From assembly GCF_008831285.2 (NCBI RefSeq), contig NC_045138.2:32922001-32986000 (forward strand): a DNA stretch of 64,000 bases, written 5' to 3'. The translations under genes were made by a program, and so were the position numbers. Shown piece after piece: positions 50,380 to 62,553 of this stretch. Source of the DNA: Nymphaea colorata. Its lineage: Eukaryota. Every line of letters starts with the position of its first letter. Position 1 is the stretch's first letter. The notes under the pieces were generated by a model. It had not been told where the DNA came from and ran no database searches. It saw nothing but the letters and a program-made list of their open reading frames with translations.

Positions 50380-52131
50380 ATGGGGGAGCAGGGAAGCGAT
50401 GCGGGGCGACCGGAGGAACATGACGAGCAGAAGGGGAGATTCCAGCAACCAGATAACGATCTCCAGCGTGCCTTGGACCTAATCGTGGTTGTGACGGCGC
50501 TCACCCAGTCGACCAGAGCCTTCGCGGCAAAATGGCAGTCCATTCGCGCCAAGCTCGAGCGGCTGCGCTGCGACCTCTCCAACGCCCTTCTTCTCCTCGC
50601 CTCGTCCTCGGCCTCGGCCTCCGCCTCTGCCGAAGGGGAAATTCCGGACGTGGCAGCGCCGGAGATTCTGTCGACGCTGACGGACTGTGCTGCTCTGGCG
50701 CGAAGCTGCACGGAACTGTCTTACAGCGGGAAACTGCTGATGCAGAGCGACCTCGACGGGCTCTCCGGCCGTCTCGACGTGCACCTCCGGCACATCGACG
50801 GCATCTACAAGGCAGGGACGCTGGGGGGCCACGCACTTGCGCTCGTTGTTTCCCGGCCACCGACAGGGGCTTCGAAGGAGGACATGCGCTTCTTCGTTCG
50901 CGACTTGTTCACTCGAGTCCAGATCGGAAGCAGAGCGATGAAGTCGGACGCCCTCCGCACTCTCGAGGAGACTCTCCGCGAGGATGACAAGTACCAGAGG
51001 ATCGTTGTCGAGACTGGGGACGTGGCTCAGCTGGTGACGTTTCTCGAGTCCGATGACGCTGAATTGAGCGAGAGATCCGCGGGAATCCTCTCTGCTGTTG
51101 CGGCGGACGAGGAGAACAAGGCGGAGCTCGTTGCCGCCGGCGTCGTCTTCCCGGCTATCAGAATGATAGAAACCGGTGGAGCACAAGGGAGGGAGGCGGC
51201 GGCGACGTTGTTGAACCGGCTCACCGCGAACTCCGAGAACGCGTGGTCCGTCTCGTCTCAGGGTGGCGTCACAGTAGCATTAGCAATTTGCCGGAAGGAG
51301 GAGGGGGCACTCTTGCGTGAGGCTGCAGGGATCCTGAGGAACCTCGCCGGAGTGGAGGAGATCGCGCAGTTCATGATGGAGGAGGGAGTGGCTTCCGTCA
51401 TGTTCCGGCTTCTCAAGTCCAGTGACGAGGAGGCACAGGCATGCGCGGCCGATTGCCTTCGAATCATGTCGGCCGGCGGCATCTCTGCGAGAAATTCGAT
51501 CATTAAAGAAGGAGGGATACCGTTGCTTGTTTCCGTCTTGGGATCACAGTCGCTCAAGTGCCGGGAATTCGCATTGCGAACAATAGGGAACCTCACATCC
51601 TCGCCAAATTCCGCAAGGCTGGTTCTCCACGCAGGTTTCCTCAGCCAAATTCCGGCCATCTTGAGGCGAGGGGACTTCTCCGTACAGGAGCCGGCAGCTC
51701 GAGCCGTACGCGATATCGCGAAGCTCTCTGAAGACGCGAGGAAAAGCGCGGGAGAAGCCGGAATCATGCCGGAGATGCTGAAGCTACTCGAAGCCAAGTC
51801 TCTCACCGTAAAATCCCTGGCTGCGGAGGCGATCTCCGAGCTCCTCACCGTCCCGAAGAACAGGAGCCGGTTCGTCCAGGAAGATGGCAGCACCGTCCGC
51901 ATCCTCCGAGCGCTCGACACGGACGAAGACTCTCGGGTAAGGCAGTTCCTTCTGCTCGCTCTGGTTTGGATATCTAATTCGCCCGCCGGCAGGCGGAAGA
52001 TCTCGTCCTCCGGCTCGCTTCAGTCGGTGGAGCGCCTCGCCAAGAGCGACGTCCCAGAGGCAAGACGGATCGTCCGGAGAGTCTCCGGCAACAAGTTCCG
52101 GAAGATCCTGGACGGAATTTGGAAATCATGA
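50380..52131 (+). CDS. Armadillo (ARM)-repeat protein, intronless
   Basis: Long GC-rich ORF with N-terminal F.AKWQSIRAKL and SGKLLMQSDLD motifs typical of plant ARM/U-box-related proteins, followed by multiple ARM repeats. No U-box evident. ATG 50380 has good context (GAAATGG); an in-frame upstream ATG exists at 50332. Confidence 0.9.
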   Translation: MGEQGSDAGRPEEHDEQKGRFQQPDNDLQRALDLIVVVTALTQSTRAFAAKWQSIRAKLERLRCDLSNALLLLASSSASASASAEGEIPDVAAPEILSTLTDCAALARSCTELSYSGKLLMQSDLDGLSGRLDVHLRHIDGIYKAGTLGGHALALVVSRPPTGASKEDMRFFVRDLFTRVQIGSRAMKSDALRTLEETLREDDKYQRIVVETGDVAQLVTFLESDDAELSERSAGILSAVAADEENKAELVAAGVVFPAIRMIETGGAQGREAAATLLNRLTANSENAWSVSSQGGVTVALAICRKEEGALLREAAGILRNLAGVEEIAQFMMEEGVASVMFRLLKSSDEEAQACAADCLRIMSAGGISARNSIIKEGGIPLLVSVLGSQSLKCREFALRTIGNLTSSPNSARLVLHAGFLSQIPAILRRGDFSVQEPAARAVRDIAKLSEDARKSAGEAGIMPEMLKLLEAKSLTVKSLAAEAISELLTVPKNRSRFVQEDGSTVRILRALDTDEDSRVRQFLLLALVWISNSPAGRRKISSSGSLQSVERLAKSDVPEARRIVRRVSGNKFRKILDGIWKS

Positions 52132-55100
52132 TCCTGTAACTTGTAAAAGAAATTTTCTCGCTTTTTCTTCTTTTAAATTTTCTTGATTTTGTGTTTGGTG
52201 TTGCGACGTCTCAACCACACCTCTTATTTACGCGAGTTGGGAGCGTAAACGATGCATTGCATTGCTTCTCATAAAACAAACAAAACTAAAACGCCCATAT
52301 GCTCCTTCCATCTTGTACACACGACCGTGTTCTTACTATGTAGGCTAAACTAAACCCTCGGTTTCGGCTCTCTGATTTATGTGGCTATTTATTCCAAAAG
52401 AAAAAAGCCCGAAACTCCGGCGTTCTTGAACGAGAATAACAATTTAATTTCATGGAAATTCTTCATAACAATAATAATTTAAGAAGATACCATATTGCTT
52501 CCTGACTTTGTTCTTAAACACGGACGAAAGAAAAAGAACAAAAAAACAAGAAGACTCTACTCTGCAAAGAAATACCATCCAGTCGATTCTCTCTTGTTGG
52601 CGACAAAAGAAAAGTTGCAGCGATCATGTACTTGTTGGAGGCATTGTCACATTCTCTTGGTTGTATCGAGGAATGGGAGAAGTCGGTTTTCTTTTCACAA
52701 CGCTCGGCGCGATCCCCGTCCGGATCGGGCCGTTAATTTAAAAAACTTTCCGGCGTACCCACTCGACCGAGAGGCGGTTTCCTTGTTTCTCGAGCAGCTT
52801 CAACTAAAAACGAAGCTCGGGAAAGATGCCAGCCGGAACAGCGGGAACCTGTTACAGCGAACATGGTTGACGAACATTCACCCTGTTTCGTCCTATTTCT
52901 TAAATTTTAAAATAATTCTTTGATGGACAGATACGACGCACACCAACCGAAAGAAAGCGGATATATTCCCGTAATAACGACACTACGAATAATAAAACAA
53001 CAAGTATATACTATTTTTAGGCACAAGATATATATGCATAAATGTAAAAGCTTGCTTTTTTTCCCCTTGGGGACCAATAAGCCGGTGAAAGGGGATGTCT
53101 GGGGACCAGCAGAACCAAGTCCCTTCTTGATCCAAACAGTTTCCGAAACTTTATTGCCAAGTGGTTATCGTGAAATTGACCCTACACAATTGCCTTCATT
53201 CACCACGGTCGGTAACCGTGAACCGATCAACAAGGAAACCGCATCTTCGTTCCACAAATCCCAATTACCTGAAAATCATACTCCTCTTCCCTGATTTAAT
53301 TGCAGAATTTCAGTAAACGAATCCTATTAATCACTTCGTTAGTGTACCAACTTAAAGATGATGTTCAAATGCCATTCCCCATGCTGTCGGCTCTCTCGAC
53401 AAGACAACTAAAATCCTGCAAGTGGCAAGTAAGATAGACGGCAGAATTCCGGCAAACCGGTAGAAATCCGGCAACTGCGGCCGATAGTGGATTGGGCCGA
53501 TTGAAGAACTGGGCCCAAAGTAAGGCCTCGACTAGCCTAAGTTTTTAGAGAGAGAGAGAGAGGGGGGTGGGGGCGCACATGGAGGGCGAAGTGGACAGAG
53601 CGGCGAAAGCGGACGAGGTGGAAGGTCGCTCTCAGGGTGGTGTGGGAGCCTGAGTCGAGAGGGCAAAGAGGGAGCCTGCCTTCGCTGTGGCGATGCCATT
53701 CAGAGGGCCAGAAGCGTTGGCTGCATGTGCTTGCAGGGCCTGCCCGCCTGCCTCTCTCTCTCTTGCAAACGTCTCCTCTGCGCGCATCACATGTCACCAC
53801 ACCACTCACGCCCTGTGATTTTTGATACCTCCTCCACCTCATATCTTCATCCCAACCAAAGGGAAGCCGACGGTGAGTTTGGTTGGTACGATCGGATTTG
53901 ATTAGAAACATTATACAAGCACGAGCTTAAGCTTAATTTCCCTCGAAAATGGAAGCAGTAAATAGATCGAAGAAACAGAAAAGGCAAGGTTTGATGGGAA
54001 TTGTATGCATGATTGGTTTTAAAATTTAAAGAAATCCAATCGAACGATGCAAATTTAGTTGAAAAAGTAGAAAATTCAGTTGCATTTTCAAAATGCTGAA
54101 ATACCTTTCAATGGATGAAACCACAAACGGGTTTTCTTAATTGAGATCTCCCCTCATATGATTTTCTTAAAATTAATAACTCAAATAAGAAGGTCTGGCA
54201 CTGCTCATAAGATTTTCTTTCGTCTCCAGAACTCAAAACTCTTGACCGTCTTTCGTCGAATTTCAAGGTGTTCAGTCCGGCCACTAACGAGGAGAGTGGA
54301 ACTCTTTACAGGAAACCAACAAGAGTCCGTGGGCGTGGTACGTCCTTTCTTGAGCGATCCTGCGATTTGGGTTGTCCGGAACAGGTGTGTCCGTTCCCCC
54401 TACCAGATCGGATACATGTTCTTATTTTTGATGAGAGGGAGTTGGCCTCTGCAAATGGGTCGACTGCAAATGTAACTCTGTTGGGCAAGCCTTTTACAAG
54501 AATTTGGGACCATTTTAGAGAGAAAGGGAAAGAATCTTTCACGGAATTTAGAAGCCAGAGACATCAGTGGTCCAATGAACATTGAAGAATTATTAGGCTC
54601 TTAGCCCCACAAGAAACTAGAAACACTTTCATGAGGCTATCACTCTACTCCAACAACAACTGCCCATCCCTTTTAAATCCACAAGGGACAAAAGACACCA
54701 AAGCGTTTTCACATGTCATCAAACGCCACTTAGGCCAAAGTGGTTGCTTATAAATCGGGACATTTCTAGGCATCATTGAAAGAGGACCAGAGTAGCAATT
54801 TTTCTTTTTTCCATTCAATATCAATCTTGCATACATAAGATGATAAAAGTTTCATATGTGAGTGATATCTATGCTCACCAATGGATCAAATACGAATTGA
54901 ATGTACCATTTACTATACCTGATTATCTCATATACTAGGATTTAATTTCTGATTTCAATATAAACAATTAAAACTCATATCATACCCAAGTGTGATTTTA
55001 AATTCACACATCACATCACATCCGAATCCAAATCCGACCTTTAAATGTACAACTGAATCCAAACCGCATTATGATATATTAACAACTGACTTTCAAGATA

Positions 55101-58100
55101 TATATGGATATTTGGACTAGAAAATGAAATGAATCGTTTGTCTACTTGAAATTCGACGTACCACCTCAACAAAGACTCAATGGCTGACATGTGTGTTTAG
55201 AAAGATTCCTTAAAAAATCATTAAGTGGTAGTCAAAATTAGTCACGAAAACGTGAAGCAAGCACTTAAAGGCTGATTGCTACCTCCAACCAAACCATAGC
55301 AGACATCATTAAGCTTTTCCAAGTGCAAAAGGCTGCTTTTCTTTTTGACATCTCCGGGTTTCAAAGTTCCTTGGTTTATCCTCATGTTTTCTTTGCATAT
55401 CTTTAGACCATAACAACGTCCGGTAACCTCACAAAAGAAAAACTTTTGTCCTTTTTTGCTTGCTTTGTTCTTTCGGGCACCCAGCCTTTATTGGGAGCTG
55501 TTCCGGTGGGGAAAGTTATTGCCTAATGATAGGTGTTGGGGGACAAAAGAGGTCCTCCTTTTGGTCTTTATGCCTTTTCTTTTTCCTTTATAATGTTGGC
55601 AATGTTAGGTATAGTCCAAACCAGAACCCCACTTGGAAGGGAACACAGGTTAATGGAAAGAGAGAAATGGAGCAGCTCAACAGATCCTCCTCTATTGGGC
55701 CATATCTATAAGTAACAAATAGATAACATAGATACCATATATACACACACACACACAGAGACAAGCGCAAGTACAAGCCCGTAATGTTTTACACACTTGA
55801 TTCGATAAGAAGAGTCCACTCTCTTAAAGCTGTATTTTGTTTGTGCTCACATATGATTCCTGTGGCGGAACCAGAAATTTGTTACTGAGAAATACTAATA
55901 TAAGAAATCTTAGATTTTGAGAGGCACCACTATGTTTATAAAATAAATTATGTAGCCGCATAGCTTCCCACTGCACAGTGGCACACAACCCTAAATCTGA
56001 GGGGAGTTTATTAACTGTTTAATGTAGCATTTGATAGCTCCCCATGCTGAGGGAATCTCATTTGGAGCAATAAAGAACCGAGTTCAGCTACAGCAGTGGA
56101 AAAAATTGATTAATTGTAAGAGATGCATTTGATCCTTTTTATTATAAAACCATGGGCATCATGCATTTATTCTCCCATTCAATAATTGAAACCAGTGCTG
56201 GTCTCCGCATTTAAATCAGATCATAACGAGTATTGCTATTTATGACGCCATAGCCATCCACTGGTATTAACTGTTACTGACATGACAAGTTCGGTTGGCG
56301 TTCATGGACCAACTGGGATGATGGTAACCACGGACTATCCATCAGGCAGAGGGCAGAGGGACCTCCTGCAATTTTGCACTCGAAAATTTTCTGCAGTATC
56401 GTCATTTTAATGGTACGTTTTTATTGTCCAACAACTTTTACATGGTTAATTCTAATTTCTAACCATAGCGAAGGAAAGGAAACAGATGTTGAGGGAATTC
56501 TATGATTCATTTTCTTTTTCCCAGTTTTGCTTCACCTAATTTTAGGGTGTATATATAAATATGTTCTGGTAAAGGTATACACATAGAGCACTATATCTGG
56601 ACAACCAACTTGTTCTAGAGCATTATAGATGAGGTTCCCTGCAAGAGTTTTAAGCATAACCATAAATATCATTTTCATATTTTAAATGGCAAGGTCTTCT
56701 CAGGTTTAATACAGCTTTTTCTGTTTTTCCAATGTCCATGCAGGGATCACATCCATATTGTTAGAACTTGAAGTAAGAATCTGGTTAATTTGTGCAGTGA
56801 GTACTTGGGCACTGATCCCCAAGTACTGAGTCTAGTCTACAAAGATCTGTTGCGGTGTAAGAGTTATGCCTTATAGTGGCCCCATAAGAAGAGTTGAAAG
56901 CCATTGATGTGGCAGATGAAGAGAGCATCATCCGAAGCTGGCGGTTGCCCACCTAATTGGATCAGTACATTAATCCAAGGGACCCCCTACAGTTGTAGGT
57001 TCATCCCCATGTGTACGTATAAGACAATGTCTACTGAAGATAGAGAGCGAATTGTAAAAAACACGACCTATGTTGCAGTACAAACGATATCTCAACAGTA
57101 GAACTTAAATTTTGAATAAAGGGTGAAGTATCGGGTACTTAATGTGCATTCATTCTCATTGAATAAGAGCGGCAGGCTTTCTAAGTTTCTTAGGTACATC
57201 CTAAGAAGGCCTGTTGTTCATGTCCGCAGGTTTCATGAAGGACATGATGTAAAAGGGTAGGCGTTTCTTGGACTACAAGATGTGAGTCGTAGGCTGCTTT
57301 TCACCCATTGCCGGGTGCACACCAGGACGAACCGGTATAACAGGTGGCTGCTTCTGGCTTAGAACACTTCAAATTTGAAATATTGGCAGAAAAGTGGGTG
57401 AAGAAGCCACTCGTGTTCGATTACTTCTAATAATCGCGATGGTTTGCTTCTTAGGACTTCTAGTTATGTATATGAAGAAAGAGGAAAAGGAAAAAATGGA
57501 CTGGAAGCTCTATAAACCTTTAACAATTTTAACGTCTGTTCTGCTTAAATGCTATTAAAATGATAGCAAGTATGTTGGTTGTAAGTTAAGAACAGAAGCT
57601 TTTTTTTTTTGGGTTTAACCAAGATGCAACTTCCACATATGGTGACCAAGTGGTACGCTGCTACTTAGTTACCCAGCTCAATCATGAGGGACATCGGATA
57701 TATTGTGATGAATGGAGTTTTGAGAAAAATAAGAAGAAAAATATGTAAATTGATGGCAAATAACAAAAACACCCATCACCTTTTCTCTTCTTATTTATTT
57801 ATCAACCATTCATCGTGATAGATCAGATGACCCTGGTGAGCGAATTTGACTTGAACAGACACCAAATGTAGTCACGTAAGTTTCATATATATTCTAGAAA
57901 ATCCTGCATTTAAAAATGGAAAACTTGAAAGGTGCAAAAACATTAGGCAATGGTTGAATTTTGTTAGCTACATCTGAATCCAATTTGGGATGGTTAACAT
58001 TCTGTTTGGATCTGACATGCAGAAACTGCATTAAAATCAGAATACTACCTCGCAGACTTCATTGGCATTCTTCTTCTTCATTGGATGGACGGAATTGTTA

Positions 58101-58904
58101 TGTTAAAATAGTTAAAATAAATACTGTTCATGAGAATTATAACCCCTTCATGTATATAAACCAGGTGGCGAAGAGGGGTGCTATGTATATCACAGCAGGT
58201 GACAGGAAGAAAGCTGCAAAGGTTGTGGAGCGTAAATCCTATATGAAGTTGCGGACATACTGCTCTCCAGCCTGAGCCTTTCCATGGTGTTGTCCATCAC
58301 AGGGTTCACCGGGCTTTCTCTGTCAAGAAGCAGGATCATGGGGTGGTAAAGTTTTCCTAGTCATAAAGGAGAAAGACAATATTCAGTATCTCACATACAT
58401 GTCAAGAAAAGGTTGGTTTTGTTGGCAATGTCAATGGCATGTCTGGGTCTGGAACTTGTGAAGCTACAGACATAATACAGATATCATCTCAGTGGGCAAA
58501 ATATAACTTGATTTTTCTCAAAGCTTGAGACCAATTTCTTGGTGAAATTTTGATCATAACTATAGCGAACTCATCTGCATGTAAAGTTCAACCATTTCAG
58601 CCTTCAACGCCCCTTCTATTTGCCGTAGAAAGTTAAACAACTCCCGCAGGTTATGCCTTCTGAGGTCTAATTTTTGAGTTGTGACCATCCTCAATTTCTC
58701 AAATGCATGCTTCAATCGCCACTTGTGACAGCATATCTGAATTTTAGCAATGAGCACAATTTGATTTCACACCCCTGTTTGAGTTATTGGGTGTGAAATG
58801 TCATCCATGTAGAAGCAGAACAATTTGGATATCCACTGGTTTCTTTTTCGCAACAACATAAGCTGACGTTGTTGAAAAACTAGGTGATTTGGGAACTAGA
58901 AACT

Positions 58905-59800
58905 GCACTAAACAAAATCAGTTGCAAAGAACGCTGTGATAAGATCGTTTATAACTGATCCAGGTCATAAGCAAATTATATCAGCAAAGGAAGGAACCTG
59001 AAAAAATTGTTCACACGAAGTGACTAATCTGAAAAAAGAAACAGGGAACAACCTTCACACTTGAGCACACTAAACAGCTCCTTGCCTGCAGCAAAACCAT
59101 TGTAATAAGATGAAAAGCTATGACACGATGAACTAAATTTGGTGCACATCAACAAAATCAGTTGCAAAACATGCTGCAATAAAAGTTCTCTTATAAACAG
59201 GATCCAGGTTAAGAAAAATTGTTCATACGCAGTGGTGACTGAACTGAAATTAGAAACAGTGTACCATATTCACACTTTGCACCATTCAAATAGCCCTTTG
59301 CCCGCACAAGCTCCATCTTTATTCATCTTGAAGCAGTTTCTATAATCAGATGAAAATCTCACAGCATTCAAGAAAGTTGGTGGTTTGGGTATTAAAGCCC
59401 ACACATAAATAAAATCAGTTGCATAGAACGCTATTGATAAAATAGTTTGTAACAGATTCAAGTTAGAAGCACATGAAGCAGCAAAGGAAAGAGCCTGAAA
59501 TAGTTGTTCAGTGAAATGTGACTGACCTGAAAAAGAAACAGAGTAAAATCTCCTTGCCTGCGGCAATCATTGTAATAACGCCTGAACATCAACAAACTCA
59601 GTTGCAAAAAAATTGTTACAATAAGAAAAGATCCAGGTCACAAGCAAATTATACCAGCAAAGAAAAGAGACTTAAAAACTGTTCACATGAAGTGGCGACT
59701 GATCTGAAAAGAGTTACAGGTACAATTTTCATGCTTTCTCATTTCTAAGGTAGCTCTTTGACCGTACATGCTCCATCTTTGTTCATCTTGAAGCAGTTAG
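58905..59800. repeat. Degenerate tandem repeat, 4 copies of about 180-260 bp
   Basis: Unit AAATCAGTTGCA...GATCCAGGT...TTGTTCA...GTGACT...CTGAAA recurs near 58911, 59150, 59408 and 59590. Confidence 0.75.
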
Positions 59801-60360
59801 TGCTCATAAAGCATAAGAGAGAACAGGGTTGGAAGCATTTTCAACGTTGAATAAGGACCAATCTGAAATGAGAAACGACACAGAGATCGCTCAAAACCCT
59901 TTGCACAAAGCCAAAGTAGAACTACACTTGAAGTCGATCTTTATTTTTGTGGGGATCATCGTCTGAATCAGAAACTTCCCTAATATTAACTCTATCTGCA
60001 CTCCTGTATATTTATGTATCTTATCCCTTGCAGATCTAACGTCGCTAAGAAAAAGGCGCAGTGCAGCATACGTAGAATGACAGACTAAGGAAACATCACG
60101 GACTCATTGAATGCTGAATGATATACATGCGACGATTGTAATAAAAAAACCTTGTTCTTTCACATCTCAACGAAGTAGTTTATATATTTTCAATTCTTTC
60201 TTCATCCGTTCAGGTTCAACATTATTGTACCATCAATAGTATATATGATGATAGCACACTAAACTTTGCACGATTATCATAACAGTAAAAAAAAAAAAAA
60301 AACAATGGGAATCATGAACTAGTTACATTCATATCGTCTTATTCGAAGTCTCTGACTGTT

Positions 60361-62274
60361 TCATTCTTCCACAAAAGAGAGGGGATCAAGCGATCTACTT
60401 GATACCAATTCATCTTCCTGAAAGTATGATAACATCCCAATGCGGTCTACAGCTCTCTTGACGCAGCCTGAATCACGAGGGCTTTCTGGCGTCGTTCGGA
60501 TTGTTCTGATCTTGGGAAGAAGATTGGCCATGGCGGTGACTGGAGATTCTTGCATCCACATCTTCCGACGGGGTGCCGGACTTTCCTGCTCAGGTTTCTG
60601 GGGAGTTACAGGCTCTCCATTGTCAACCGTTCCATTATCGGCGTCAAGAACCTCCTTCGCTGGTTGTCTTCTAGCCTCCCCTCCTGTTTTCTTAGCTACT
60701 TCCTTTCTGCTTGCCTGCAACGACTGTTTGCCTATGACTTTCAGGTTAGTCTGTGAGCCACATGCAGCTACGCCTTTTTTAGACACGGTAGAAGTCTTAA
60801 CATACCGGCTGCCGACGACCCTCGAGCTTTTCATATTCCCAGCCACTGGTTTTCTTCCGCCGCCAGCTTCTTCTCCCTGAAAGAGGGTTTTAGGCTGTGT
60901 TAAATTGATAACTCCATCTCTCTTCACAGGTTTTTTCGATCCAACCGTCAAGAATCCCGGAGTTTTTGAGATCGATGGTCGTGGTTTTTTTGGACTCAAG
61001 CTTGAGCTTCTTGGACCTTTAGCTTTCTCAATACCTTCCTTGGGCAACTTGTAGTAGCACGATTTCCGGCGAATTTGCAGCGAGGCGATCGGTTGATCAG
61101 GAACTTTCCCGGAGTAGTCTCTTCGGCCGATACCTGCTACATTGTCTGGGAAGAGAGTCTTAGGCTGTGTTAAATTGGTAAGTCCATCTCTCTTCACAGG
61201 TTGTTTCGATCCAACCGTCAAGAATCCCGGAGTTTTTGAGACCGATGGTCGTGGTTTTTTAGGACTCAAGCTTGAGCTTCTCGGACCTTTAGCCTTCTCA
61301 ACACTTTCCTTGGGCAACTTGTAGTAGCACGATTTCCGGCGACTTTGTAGCGAGGCGATCGGTTGATCAGGTACTTTTCCGGAGTAGTCTCTTCGGCCGC
61401 TACCTGCTACATTGTCTGGGAAGAGAGCCTTAGGTTTGGCTAATGTGGTAACATCGGCTTTTCTTACCGGAACTTTTGCTCCAACTGTGGGGAAACCACT
61501 GATTTTGAAAATCCGTGGCGCAGGTTTTCGAGGACTGAGGCTCAGACTCCTCGAGACTTTCCTCATTTCCTTTTGCTCTTCTAAAGGAAGCCTTGTGAAG
61601 CAAGATTTACGGCGGTCTTGCTGGAATCTGGTTGGCGGTTCCTGCAACTCCACCATTTTCTTATGCAAGGATGCGACGCCCGTCATGAACTTGGCCGCCA
61701 CAATTCTTCCCCGCCTCACCGGCTGCTTCACGCAGGCTGCAGTCTGGAGATTGCAGGAATCTCCAACCATGACCTCCACTTCCCGCTTCTTTTCCTTTTC
61801 TCCCTTGTTCTTTTCACATTCTGCATGCTGCTTCCCCTGTGCCTGCCCCTCTGCTTCGGCAGCCGCTGCTTGTTGGAGTCGGAGCTCGGCCAATTTTCCC
61901 GTCAAACGCCTGATCTGGTTCTCAATATCTTCGATCCCTGCAGAAATCCTGTCGCTCTCGGACGTGTTCTTGGCCGCAGAAGAAACACCATTTTTCAGGA
62001 TCGATTTCAAGGGCTTCTCCACAGTGGTTCCAGATTGAGGCTTAAGCGGCTTCTGCGGCCGCCAAGAATAGGCAACCGATGAGAAAGCGTCCGGGCTCCG
62101 GTTTTCCTTGCCGGAGTCCGATTCCATCGAATCGAAGAAGCTCGGCCGAGGTGACCCCCACGAGACGTTTACGGTGGCCATCTCTTCTTTGTCCTCTTCT
62201 TCATCATCAGAAAAGGCGGCGTTGTCGAAAACATGAATGTTTGGGGTATCCGTGGCTTCGGTGAACGCCAACAT
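60361..62274 (-). CDS. Uncharacterised basic coiled-coil protein (637 aa) with KEN box, many S/T-P sites and an internal 90-aa duplication
   Basis: Intronless ATG-TGA ORF. Motifs FDNAAF, SGKENRSP, coiled coil IEDIENQIRRLTGKLAELRL, RGRIVAAKFM, RRKSC, RVVGSRY and LPKIRT..ESPRDSGCVKR resemble a conserved uncharacterised angiosperm family (from recall). Confidence 0.88.
   Translation of the reverse strand: MLAFTEATDTPNIHVFDNAAFSDDEEEDKEEMATVNVSWGSPRPSFFDSMESDSGKENRSPDAFSSVAYSWRPQKPLKPQSGTTVEKPLKSILKNGVSSAAKNTSESDRISAGIEDIENQIRRLTGKLAELRLQQAAAAEAEGQAQGKQHAECEKNKGEKEKKREVEVMVGDSCNLQTAACVKQPVRRGRIVAAKFMTGVASLHKKMVELQEPPTRFQQDRRKSCFTRLPLEEQKEMRKVSRSLSLSPRKPAPRIFKISGFPTVGAKVPVRKADVTTLAKPKALFPDNVAGSGRRDYSGKVPDQPIASLQSRRKSCYYKLPKESVEKAKGPRSSSLSPKKPRPSVSKTPGFLTVGSKQPVKRDGLTNLTQPKTLFPDNVAGIGRRDYSGKVPDQPIASLQIRRKSCYYKLPKEGIEKAKGPRSSSLSPKKPRPSISKTPGFLTVGSKKPVKRDGVINLTQPKTLFQGEEAGGGRKPVAGNMKSSRVVGSRYVKTSTVSKKGVAACGSQTNLKVIGKQSLQASRKEVAKKTGGEARRQPAKEVLDADNGTVDNGEPVTPQKPEQESPAPRRKMWMQESPVTAMANLLPKIRTIRTTPESPRDSGCVKRAVDRIGMLSYFQEDELVSSRSLDPLSFVEE
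60881..61432 (-). repeat. Near-identical 270-bp in-frame tandem duplication
   Basis: TAAATTG.TA..TCCATCTCTCTTCACAGG at 60901 and 61171; ATTGTCTGGGAAGAGAG at 61141 and 61411 (offset 270). Confidence 0.93.
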
Positions 62275-62483
62275 TCTGATCGCCTCTTTCTGTAAAAAGA
62301 GAAACCCAAGTTTCCGATCACGAAGAAGGAGAAGAACGACAACAAGAAGAAGGTGGTCGGGTCGGATGAAACTTTTCTACACAAATGGAGTTCTTGAAAA
62401 AAACATAGAAAGAAAATAGCGCCTTGGGAGCCAATTTTCTTTCTCTCTTTGCAATGAAGTGAGTGTGTCTCGGGGAGGGAGGG

Positions 62484-62553
62484 TTTAAAGGTTTCTTGAC
62501 CGTTAGTGGAAATATAGCCGTTGGACTTCCACCACCGACATTGGAACGTTAGA
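62484..62553 (-). promoter_or_regulatory. Cluster of MSA (mitosis-specific activator, MYB3R-binding) elements near a TATA-like motif
   Basis: Minus strand reads TCCAACGGCT (62525-62516), ACTAACGGTC (62507-62498) and imperfect TCTAACGTTC (62553-62544), just upstream of TTTAAA (62484-62489). Consensus is YCYAACGGYY. Confidence 0.7.

Noticed and set aside
50346..51920. Long antisense ORFs over the ARM gene
   Set aside because: Expected by-product of a GC-rich intronless CDS.
52345..52420. CTAAACTAAACCCT as a possible telomerase RNA template
   Set aside because: No upstream USE/TATA Pol III promoter or G-rich 5' stem; more likely an isolated telo-box-like motif in 3' flanking DNA.
53560..53840. 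G-rich start and C-rich end resembling the plant telomerase RNA closing stem
   Set aside because: No telomere template (CTAAACCCT-like) inside and no USE upstream; kept only as an unexplained island.
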